64,000 nucleotides of DNA, taken from positions 5,440,001-5,504,000 of the forward strand of contig OY764216.1 in the NCBI GenBank assembly GCA_963668315.1, written 5' to 3'. Shown one piece after another: positions 40,501 through 48,313 of the stretch (positions are counted from its first letter, which is position 1; each line of letters begins with the position of its first letter). The DNA comes from Spirochaetia bacterium (GTDB taxonomy: Bacteria > Spirochaetota > Spirochaetia > DSM-2461). Made by a program: the position numbers and the translations under genes. The notes below the pieces were generated by a model. The model did no database searches, was not told the origin of the DNA, and worked only from the letters and a program-made list of their open reading frames with translations.

Positions 40501-42259
40501 GGAAGACCCGGTGCTCGACTCGCAGGCCTGGCAGCGTACGAAGCAACTGGAAGACACAGCTCAAGACACGGAACGCTACCGCCAACTGTACGCACAGTCG
40601 CCGCTCCGCGGCCGAACGGAACAAGAACAACTCCGCGAGGAAATCGCCGAGCTCCGCCGCGGCGGGAGGCGGCATGCTTCCTACGATGATGAAACTCGTC
40701 TGCAGCGTCTTTCCATTGAATACGCCTCTATGAATCTGCCAAAGGAGCTGCGACGCGATCTGTTCTACCTGTTTCGCGACGAGTTCTCGCGATTGTGCGA
40801 CGAGACCATGCGCATCGGGCGCGAACGCCGGCAATCACGCCCACAGTACTGGGAACAGATCGCGAATAACTGGCATCCTCTCTCGATGGAAGAAGTTGTC
40901 AATCTCGTTCGAAGCAGCAAAGCCCTCTACGTGCAATATCTTGTCGGCTCGGAAGGCACCTACGTGCTCACCGTCGCGCCCGACGGAAAGACGGAAACGC
41001 AAACGCTCCGCATTCGGGATCAGGAAGGCTCCATTCTCGGGGTGCCTGTCGGGCCCTTGACGCGAGAGAAGCTGCGGACAATTCTCCTGGCTCCCGACTG
41101 CGGCGTATGCCGCTTGCTGGCGTCACCGGAAAAGGCACTTGAGGCAACCAGCCGGTTGGCGGCGCTCTGGTCGCTGTTGATTCCCGACCACGCCAAACAG
41201 CTGCTACGTAGCGGCAGTCCTGAAGAGATCATAGTCATCCCCGATGGCCTGCTCTCAATCCTCCCGTTCGAAGCACTGGTGATGAACACGGCTCCCAGTA
41301 CGGAGTACCTTCTCGATTCAGGCATTCCGCTTAGCTACTGCTATTCGGCCACCCTCCTGCAATTGCTTCGGGACCGGCCGGAGGCGACGTCGTTGCCCGG
41401 GGTTGAATCCGTCTTGTCCGTCGCGGACCCCGCGTACACGAATTCAACGCCTGGGGTCGAGGACGGAAACGACCGTAATGGCACACCGGCCACACGTTAC
41501 GTGCTTGCGGGAGGCTCATTGGCCAAGTTGCCTTTCACTGCCGTGGAGTCGCAATGGGTTGCCGACGTCTTTCGCGATGCGGGGAGGCAAACCGAGTCCC
41601 TGCTCGGAAATTCCGCCACGGAGAACGCGGTGCGTCAGAGGATCGCAGGTCGTCGCTACGTCCATTTCGCCTGCCACGGTCTGGTCGATGAATCGGCGGG
41701 AAACCGCTTTGCCGCGTTGGCAGTCACCCCTGGAACATCTGCACGCCTTTCCCGAGGAACCCTGCGGCAGCGTTATGAGAGTCTCATATCGCCCAGACTG
41801 TTTCCGCACCTGGACTCCGCCGGCTTGATGCCTGCTTCGCTTCGCGAGGAGGACGCCTACGGCGATGAGCCGGGCGAGGTGTCCCGTAGCGAATGCGACG
41901 GCTTCATCACTCTCGACGAGATATGCCAACTGAACCTGCACGGGTGTGAACTCGCAATTCTTAGCGCCTGCAATACGAACTTCGGTCCGGAGCAAACCGG
42001 AGAAGGTGTTTGGTCCCTGTCTCGCGGCTTCTTCGTAGCCGGCGCTCGTCGTGTCGTGGCAACCAACTGGTCAGTCGATGATGAGGCCGCCTCAAGTCTC
42101 GTAAGTTACTTTTGTAGTTGCCTCGCTCAGGGCGAAGTGTTTGGAGACGCTCCCAACTACGCGAAATCACTGCATCGCGCGAAGAAATGGCTGCGAGATC
42201 AGAAAGAATGGGAGAGCCCGTCCTTCTGGGCGCCCTTCGTCCTGATGGGGCCTGGCTGA
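37586..42259 (+). CDS. Exported multidomain CHAT protease 6: DUF6263-like beta domain, TPR, PDZ-like insert, TPR, CHAT
   Basis: LRWKLQPGE N-terminal domain; GELGLRF...ISEVAPGSAA...GLKVG...GPAGTKV PDZ-like segment; HFACHG, LSACNT. Confidence 0.9.
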   Translation: MKSSTFCRLCLIAGSLAGVFGLNSGLPTRAAESTEESPPVLLRWKLQPGEELRYSLQQTDVGLSSFGSMHEEATEEGRRVMSVDMSWHVDEVQSEKVDLSMQVRRLRFCMEQLEGTTNEPGDASKSLSVRFDSQTEDFKLRLDPSKRHEPLLIPQNQAGNALQDYARLCGQKSRFTLSPRGDVLQAELPQGLKRRFQLGEGGEQRFLALQFDPLARLTSCFTQGDFASVALGSFVPPGLQVTTNRGPTAFSQISSLLFGCLPSHAVRIGDRWERETSMETMLFNATTTSHFTYQGLVEMDGRAIDKISMEMELHLTPSQMVANASPGAQLGEYWKKFNQFVTFQLNGTWCFDRDRGRTVEMMIDVNTQFRVDPQEYSGAYASVMANQERQSRHRIHIAEGASGEEELKMPAYLSENRPQLVDLRTQLKTRYEEQFQAGQYGQAAKTADELFRLHQRFIHWTRQGNRDNGDGIPANHFLSQGSEFLEGLDWAAQALMMRGDAEAKMSRFAEAERSYLDAEQGLRSLRGWWSPELAATYQRLADLSAEQEHWAKALEYQERSANIRETLLKPTGELGLRFHVVMDETSGAAGRRPFGFLRISEVAPGSAAATTLGLKVGNTIDFIQADGGVLLNCGGEVRGNEAAECLNSLLSGPAGTKVAVRAHYGRNAASEFQWLERAAREDHEPPSEAAVSNLVSCLLRMASLCRHAGDLKRARSSLLRAADLADSVDNLDGGSAATRYELACVLQEEGRSEKAEQLFRECAEQLKEETQDRELYACVLASWATLDQQAGNTEKAVQRIRKAASIRTELFGSKHPETVATHWQLARFLLESKAANEASRVLEATLDEIDDSAGSFTLKAKCLQTLAEAKWALQERDAAIDLLRQAMNQAELQRGATKGGDSVRVSLFGRFAGAYERMVEWQIARQQPAEAYEAIERSRARSLIDHLQWYGVDLLQSVDDSNLNVMRLLGGEEDPVLDSQAWQRTKQLEDTAQDTERYRQLYAQSPLRGRTEQEQLREEIAELRRGGRRHASYDDETRLQRLSIEYASMNLPKELRRDLFYLFRDEFSRLCDETMRIGRERRQSRPQYWEQIANNWHPLSMEEVVNLVRSSKALYVQYLVGSEGTYVLTVAPDGKTETQTLRIRDQEGSILGVPVGPLTREKLRTILLAPDCGVCRLLASPEKALEATSRLAALWSLLIPDHAKQLLRSGSPEEIIVIPDGLLSILPFEALVMNTAPSTEYLLDSGIPLSYCYSATLLQLLRDRPEATSLPGVESVLSVADPAYTNSTPGVEDGNDRNGTPATRYVLAGGSLAKLPFTAVESQWVADVFRDAGRQTESLLGNSATENAVRQRIAGRRYVHFACHGLVDESAGNRFAALAVTPGTSARLSRGTLRQRYESLISPRLFPHLDSAGLMPASLREEDAYGDEPGEVSRSECDGFITLDEICQLNLHGCELAILSACNTNFGPEQTGEGVWSLSRGFFVAGARRVVATNWSVDDEAASSLVSYFCSCLAQGEVFGDAPNYAKSLHRAKKWLRDQKEWESPSFWAPFVLMGPG

Positions 42260-42415
42260 ACAAACTTAACACGGAATGCGAAACGGAATGTGATTCCTGT
42301 TGTCCCTGCAAGGCATAGAACAATGTGGTTGCAACAATCTGGTTGTGTTTTAAGAACAGAGGGAGCTCGCCCAGGCGGATCTTCCACGTGCGTAAGCCGT
42401 TATGCACGGAAGACG

Positions 42416-44487
42416 ATGCCGTTGTGCGTACCTCTTTGGCTGGCCTTGATCCTGCTGCTCACGGCAGAAAGCCAGGCTCAAGTGACAATACGCGGTACGC
42501 GACTGATTGCCCCGCCTGAGGAAGATGTCACGGCTGTCGATCTGCAGGGTGCCGAGGCGGTCGTCAGAAGTCCCACCCTCTATCACTCGATTGCATTTCC
42601 GAAAGAGCCCAACCGTCTTGTGACGGTGGATCGCGACATCGAAATCTGGGATCTGGCCTCGCGCAAAAAGGTGGACCGCTGGAAACTGGACGATCCGGCA
42701 AATGCCCGCGACGATTCAACAAATCTGTCGAGAATCATGTCGCAACTTCAATCTGGGGCAACACGTTCCCTTGCCGTGTCGCGTGACGGGCAGTTCCTGG
42801 CATGTCTTGGGGCGCAACTGTGCGTGTTTCATGCGGCGACGGGCAAAAACCGTCTGGAAAGGCGCCCTGGCTGCCGCCGTCTTCCAGGATAACCAAACGC
42901 CCATTGCCTTCTGGCCCACGCGACCGTGGCTGGTAACCCAGGGCCCGGGCAGCGGTGGAACGGTTGTCGATTTCCAGACGGGTGACCAGGTTGCGGTGGT
43001 CGGGCCACCACGTCCCAGGGCCGGTTCCTCCGAACCTCGCCTGGCTGTGTCGGGGCACTATGGCCGAACTTGCGCGGTCTCTCCAACGGGGCGTGACCTG
43101 GCGTTCATCGATTTCGAGATCTTTCCAGGCGGCTGCGTCCGGTTCTGGGAACCGAATGAAAAGCAACTCCTCACCAAGGCCATACGGACCTCCGAAGACA
43201 TCGCCTCCATTGCCTATTCGCCCGACGGCAAGACGATTGCCGCGCTGGTCGGGAACGGGGATTGTCATGACATCGTGTTGTTCGACGCAGAGTCATGCCG
43301 GCGGTACGCCACCCTTGCCCATTCACGCAGCACTCGCCACCTGGTCTTCTCCCCCGACGGGCGCTGGCTGGCGACGCACTCGGCTGGAGATGTTCTCATT
43401 TGGGATGTGAACAGTCGTCAGATCATTGCGGTGTTGACCGGTGCTGTCGGCTGGAGTCCCTGCATAGCCTTCTCTCCCGATTCCCAGTGGTTTGGCGCGG
43501 CGGACGGCGGCGTGTACCTCTGGTCGCTGGCGGAGATCGCAACTGACAAGATCGAGGCGGTCGACACGAAACCACCGCTGGTTGGGCACGCCCACAATGC
43601 GCCGGTTACCGATCTCCACTTCGCGCCGGCGTCCAACACACTCTATTCCGTTGGGCAGGACGGCGCGTTGAACGCCTGGAACTTACCCGGCGGCGACGCC
43701 TGCTGGTCGCAACAGGAGGAACGGCTTGAACTAGCCCGTGTCACCGCTTCTTCCGATGGAAAGCAGCTTATTGCCGCCGGGGCCAGGCGCGGCCGGGGTG
43801 TGATTCGATTTCACGATCCGCAACACGGGACGCTTGGACGCGAAATGACGCGCCCCGCGGGCATGGTGTTAGCGCTCGCGTTGGCTCCAGGCGACCGGCA
43901 ACTTGCCTTCGGAACGAGCGAAGGGGAGATCGCCGTTTACAGCATGGAAGACGAAGGGATCCAGGACACGTTCCAGGCCAAGGGCGCCCCGATTTGGAGT
44001 CTCGATTACTCGCCCGACGGACGCCTGCTGGCCTCTGCCGGCTGGACACGACATGTCGAGTTCAACGATCATACAACTCTGGGACACATCCGCAGGAACT
44101 ATCGTTGGGAAACTCGCAGCTCTCCAGGGAACCGTCTACGTCGTGCGGTTTTCTCCTGACGGAAAGCAATTGGCATCCGGAGGAACGGATGGCGTCGTCC
44201 GCGTGTGGGACGTATCTTCCAGAAGGCTCATCAAGAAGATGGGCGATACCAGCGGAAGTGTCTTCGACTTGGCGTTCCAGCCAGAGGGAGATGCACTCAT
44301 TTTTGCGGGAGCGGACGGTCTTCTCCACCGTTGGCCGCTCAAGACGCGCTCTGCCCGGCAGCTATTGCCCGGACTGGGCGGCTACGGTTTCACCGTGGAA
44401 ATCATGCCCGATGGCCTGGCTGTCCTGGCGGCTGGCGCCGATCGCTCGCTTCATCGCAGGACATTGCCGACACTCTCTGCAGAATGA
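42416..44487 (+). pseudogene. Exported WD40 beta-propeller protein with two frameshifts
   Basis: WD40 repeats (SPDG, IWD) continue across three frames; shifts at the A5 run 42845-42849 and near 44045-44075. Confidence 0.8.
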
Positions 44488-44533
44488 GGCAGGGGCCATC
44501 CACCGGATGTGCCACTGTGAGGGAACCTTGATC

Positions 44534-45378
44534 ATGAGAAGAACATCCTTGATTCTGGCCTGTCTACTTATCCTCTATGCCGGATGCGCATCAAGCCTGA
44601 ACGCCCAAGATGCCGAGACGCGAAAGCTCCAACACCCCAAATGGCGTTTTGGCGTTCCGGTGACGAAGGAGAACGTTCAGTCGCGCTCCCATATTGCAGT
44701 TGTATCTCCCGATGAGCGCATGATCGCGGTAAGAGTGTATCCCCCACACAACGTTGAGTGCATCGTTCTCTTCGACAGGAAGACCGGACGCGAGATCCGA
44801 CGACTTGCGACACGAGAGGAAGTGGGCCACCAATTCGGTTGGTTGAGTTTCTCGCCCGATTCGAAGCACCTATTGAGTTGGTCCGGCCAAGAGTTCCGGT
44901 ATTGGTCCGTTGAGACGGGTGAGGTTCTTCTGAAGCACGGTATCCGGCGCAAAGGTCCGATTGCCGGCCCTCCCATCTTCCACCCGACGGGCAAGTACTT
45001 CGTCTCGTGTGTTGGGAGTGGCGCCCAAGGCAACCTCTTGCTCTTCTGGGATCGTTCCACGCTGAAACACGTCGGATCGTTCAATCCGAGAGGGGAATAC
45101 CCTTGGTTCGACTGTGATCAAGCAAGGGAGATGAGCTGTCGTACGAAAAGCCTGCATGGGAGCACGGCGCATTCTGCAAGGCGGTTCTGGAAGCTCTCGC
45201 GGGAAAAGCAGATGCTGACGACAATGGGAAGGTCACCATCAAAGAGCTCGTGGACTATGCTCAGCTGCGAGTGGCCGAACTAACCGAAGATCGTCAGCAT
45301 CCGCATCTGCCGAATTTGAACGATTTCGCGCCGGACCTTGTACTTGCTCACGTCGTTGAACAGGCGGGGTCGCCTTAG
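44534..45378 (+). pseudogene. WD40-caspase gene with a large internal deletion
   Basis: Signal peptide and a few WD-like repeats, then out of frame 45118-45378 SSKGDELSYEKPAWEHGAFCKAVLEALAGKADADDNGKVTIKELVDY...QHP (C-terminal half of a C14 domain). Confidence 0.85.
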
Positions 45379-45588
45379 ATAGTGGGCGGGATTTTGTCCG
45401 CGCCGGCTTCAAGCTAAGCGGTCCACGGCAGAAGGCGGGATGCGAATTGCCCCGCCTCCGCCCGGATCTTCTCAATCGCGATTGTGTCCCGATCGCGCTC
45501 ACAGTCCAGCACGATCGCGGCGCTGTGCGGTGACCCAGAAACCGATCATCACACGGTTCCCTTCTTTCCCCGAATGCATCGGGAACGC

Positions 45589-45616
45589 GCGCAATCCGTT
45601 CTGCCGACGGGACTAT
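45589..45616 (+). promoter_or_regulatory. Putative ECF promoter, copy 5
   Basis: GCGCAA-N16-GACTAT upstream of the small ORF at 45824. Confidence 0.6.
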
Positions 45617-45823
45617 TCACGGTAAGCAACGGGAGGTCGGTTCCACCTCGACGTTGCTAGCGGCGAGACAAGCTTCTCGCTTCTTCCCCGGAACAGGCCG
45701 GGGCGGAGAGTCGGCAATCCAACCTCGTTGCCATGGGGCAGCGTTTTCATTCAGGCTGGCGCCGTCTTACTCGAGCCTGCTGCAACGGCACGTCCCCCAT
45801 TCACCGGCGTGAAAGGAAAAATC

Positions 45824-45955
45824 ATGAAACCGCTTGGCACGATTCTCATGTACTGTCTTGTCTGCGGACTTTATTGCCTGATGCTGTCGGCAGTAATGAC
45901 GCTCTGCCTGATGGCACTCTCCTTGTCCTATTGCCTGCCGCCGGTTGTCAACTGA
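45824..45955 (+). CDS. 43-aa hydrophobic Cys-rich small protein
   Basis: GAAAGGAAAA RBS; MKPLGTILMYCLVCGLYCLMLSAVMTLCLMALSLSYCLPPVVN. Confidence 0.55.
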   Translation: MKPLGTILMYCLVCGLYCLMLSAVMTLCLMALSLSYCLPPVVN

Positions 45956-45994
45956 TTGCACCGTGGACACGGCGGCCGTTTTCTCTTCTTCGGC

Positions 45995-46022
45995 GCGCAA
46001 TATCCCATACCGGCGGGACTAT
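45995..46022 (+). promoter_or_regulatory. Putative ECF promoter, copy 6
   Basis: GCGCAA-N16-GACTAT, about 90-105 nt upstream of the radical SAM gene. Confidence 0.65.
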
Positions 46023-46108
46023 TCCTAGCAAGCAGCAGTTGAGCCGAAAAAGCCTCCCTCGAAACGGGGGCGGCCGGGCTGACATCAAACGAAAACAACT
46101 CCCTCCTT

Positions 46109-47269
46109 ATGAAAGCAAGAGAAACCATGACTGCGACCACGATAGAACGCCGGAAAACCGCTCGCCGCTCGTGCACGCTGATTGTCACGCATCGGTGCAA
46201 CCTGAACTGCCGCTACTGCTACGAAACCAACAAGTCGAACCGCAAAATGACGGTCGACACGGCCAAGGAAATCATCGAGCGCGTGTTGACCACCAACCCG
46301 GGATGCGAAGTGGCGATCGACTTCCTCGGCGGCGAGCCGCTCATGGAGTTCGAGCTCATCCGCGAGGTCGCCGAATGGACCTGGAGCCGCCCCTGGCCCG
46401 TCCCCTACATCATGTTTGCGACGACCAACGGGACGCTGCTCAACGACGAGATGAAACAGTGGTTCCGCGAGAACCGGGATCGATTCCACCTCGGGCTGAG
46501 CCTTGACGGCACTCCCGAGATGCAGATCACCAACCGCGGCTGCTCCTACGACGCCATGGACCTCGACTACTTCCTTAACACCTGGCCTTCCCAAGGCGTC
46601 AAAATGACGATCTCCTGCGAAACGGTTGGCACCCTCGCCGAGGGAGTCATCTATCTCCAGGAAAAGGGTTTTGACGTCCAGGCCACCGTGGGCTACGGAA
46701 TGCCCTGGTCCGACGACACCATCGCCGTGTTTGCCCAGCAGCTCCGCGAACTCGGACAGTACTATCTCGCCCACCCCAACGTCGCCCCGATCCGCTTGCT
46801 CGACCTCGGCCTGGAGTACGTCCTCGGAGAGCGGAAGCAAAAGCGGAAGTTCTGCGGCACGGGAACCCACATGACGACCTTCGACGTCGACGGCCACGCC
46901 TACCCGTGCCAGATGTTCACGCCCCTTGTGATGAACCGGTCGCAGATTGAAGGCCTTGCCGTAATTGACTTCCACGACGAACAGGCTGCCGTCGACGCCA
47001 AGTGCGACACCTGCCTGCTCCACGACATCTGCCCCACATGCTACGGATTCAACTACAAATACACCGGCAACATCGCCACCCGCGAGGACGTGATGTGCCG
47101 GCTCTTCAAAGTCCAGGTCCTGCAATACTGCTGGTTCGAATTCGAACGGCTGCAGGCCAAGGCAAGGCCCCTGAGCCGTGACGACTACCGGAAGGCGAAA
47201 GGCATCCTCAAGGTCCACGAAATGCTCACCCGGTCAGACATCTCGGAGACCGGCTGTGCGGTCGCCTGA
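46109..47269 (+). CDS. Radical SAM/SPASM peptide maturase (CXXX-repeat target type)
   Basis: CNLNCRYC, FLGGEPL, TTNGTLL, SLDG; SPASM cysteines FCGTG...YPC...KCDTC...ICPTC...C. Confidence 0.92.
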   Translation: MKARETMTATTIERRKTARRSCTLIVTHRCNLNCRYCYETNKSNRKMTVDTAKEIIERVLTTNPGCEVAIDFLGGEPLMEFELIREVAEWTWSRPWPVPYIMFATTNGTLLNDEMKQWFRENRDRFHLGLSLDGTPEMQITNRGCSYDAMDLDYFLNTWPSQGVKMTISCETVGTLAEGVIYLQEKGFDVQATVGYGMPWSDDTIAVFAQQLRELGQYYLAHPNVAPIRLLDLGLEYVLGERKQKRKFCGTGTHMTTFDVDGHAYPCQMFTPLVMNRSQIEGLAVIDFHDEQAAVDAKCDTCLLHDICPTCYGFNYKYTGNIATREDVMCRLFKVQVLQYCWFEFERLQAKARPLSRDDYRKAKGILKVHEMLTRSDISETGCAVA

Positions 47270-47386
47270 TCGGCCATGCCGCCAAGGCGGCCGAAGCACG
47301 TTGACCGCAATACTCGTTCTGTGTTGTGTGCGGCGAATGGTTTTCGTCGCGGTGCGTATCTTCAACCCACGTTTTGAAAGGGATTC

Positions 47387-47575
47387 GTGATGACTGCTGT
47401 TCTGGAAATGAAAGACCTCGCCCTGTTGTCGGACTGCGTTCACGAGTACGAACACGAATTCGGAGTCGACATCGACGACGCCGAGCTTCCCGAGGCCGTC
47501 GACTGCAACGGCGGATGCGACGGCACTTGTGCCTGGACCTGCGGCGGCACGTGCAGCGGCACGATGCAGTTCTAG
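47387..47575 (+). CDS. RiPP precursor 1 (CxxxC-repeat core)
   Basis: Acidic leader + CNGGCDGTCAWTCGGTCSGTMQF; GAAAGGGA RBS. Confidence 0.9.
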   Translation: MMTAVLEMKDLALLSDCVHEYEHEFGVDIDDAELPEAVDCNGGCDGTCAWTCGGTCSGTMQF

Positions 47576-47600
47576 GCGACACCGCTTCCTGCCGACATCC

Positions 47601-47641
47601 GGTTGTTGGTGGCAAGAACAGCTTCTTTACCGCCAACAACC
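47601..47641 (+). other. Conserved RNA hairpin after precursor 1; also at 47904-47941 and 48205-48244
   Basis: GGTTGTTGG(N)GGCAAG...CGCCA(A/G)CAACC inverted repeat, no U-tract. Confidence 0.75.
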
Positions 47642-47688
47642 AGTGCCGGCTGCTTACTCAAGAGAAAACCACGTTTTGAAAGGGATTC

Positions 47689-47877
47689 GTGATGACTGCT
47701 GTTTTAGAAAGGAAAGACCTCGCCCTGTTGTCGGACTGCGTTCACGAGTACGAACACGAATTCGGAGTCGATATCGACGACGCCGAGCTTCCGGAAGCCG
47801 TCGACTGCAACGGCGGATGCGACGGCACTTGTGCCTGGACCTGCGGCGGCACGTGCAGCGGCACAATGCAGTTCTAG
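47689..47877 (+). CDS. RiPP precursor 2 (core identical to precursor 1)
   Basis: One leader substitution (M to R) relative to precursor 1. Confidence 0.9.
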   Translation: MMTAVLERKDLALLSDCVHEYEHEFGVDIDDAELPEAVDCNGGCDGTCAWTCGGTCSGTMQF

Positions 47878-47989
47878 GCGAGCTCTCCCCTCGGCCGGCC
47901 TCCGGTTGTTGGGGGCAAGAACGCCTTTGTCGCCAACAACCTCCGCCGGCCAGTCACCCTAAGTGCGAACCACATTCAAGAAGGGGTCC

Positions 47990-48178
47990 GTGATGACTGC
48001 TGTTTTGGAAATGGAAGATCTCGCGTTGTTGTCAGACTGCGTTCATGAGTACGAACACGAATTCGGAGTCAGCATCAACGACGCCGTGCTTCCCGAAGCC
48101 GCCGGCTGCAACGGTGGATGCGACGGTACCTGCGCCTGGAGCTGCCAAGCCATGTGCACCGTCGAGATGAAGTTCTAG
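47990..48178 (+). CDS. RiPP precursor 3 (divergent core)
   Basis: Conserved leader + CNGGCDGTCAWSCQAMCTVEMKF. Confidence 0.9.
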   Translation: MMTAVLEMEDLALLSDCVHEYEHEFGVSINDAVLPEAAGCNGGCDGTCAWSCQAMCTVEMKF

Positions 48179-48313
48179 GCGAAACGAGTCCTCACCGACG
48201 CACCCGGTTGTTGGCGGCAAGGCCACCTTCGCCGCCAGCAACCGAGCCTTACCCCTTCCGAATGTCGCTCTTCTCAACTCAGTGTTAACCACCGCATATC
48301 CGGAGTTGCATCC

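Noticed and set aside
3763..45378. Gasdermin or type III-E CRISPR (Craspase) system
   Set aside because: No recognisable gasdermin or Cas7-11; the proteases carry signal peptides. A remote pore-former among the unknown ORFs cannot be excluded without structure searches
47367..48244. Three ~302-bp repeats as a CRISPR or ncRNA array
   Set aside because: Each unit has an RBS and a conserved peptide ORF with mostly synonymous changes
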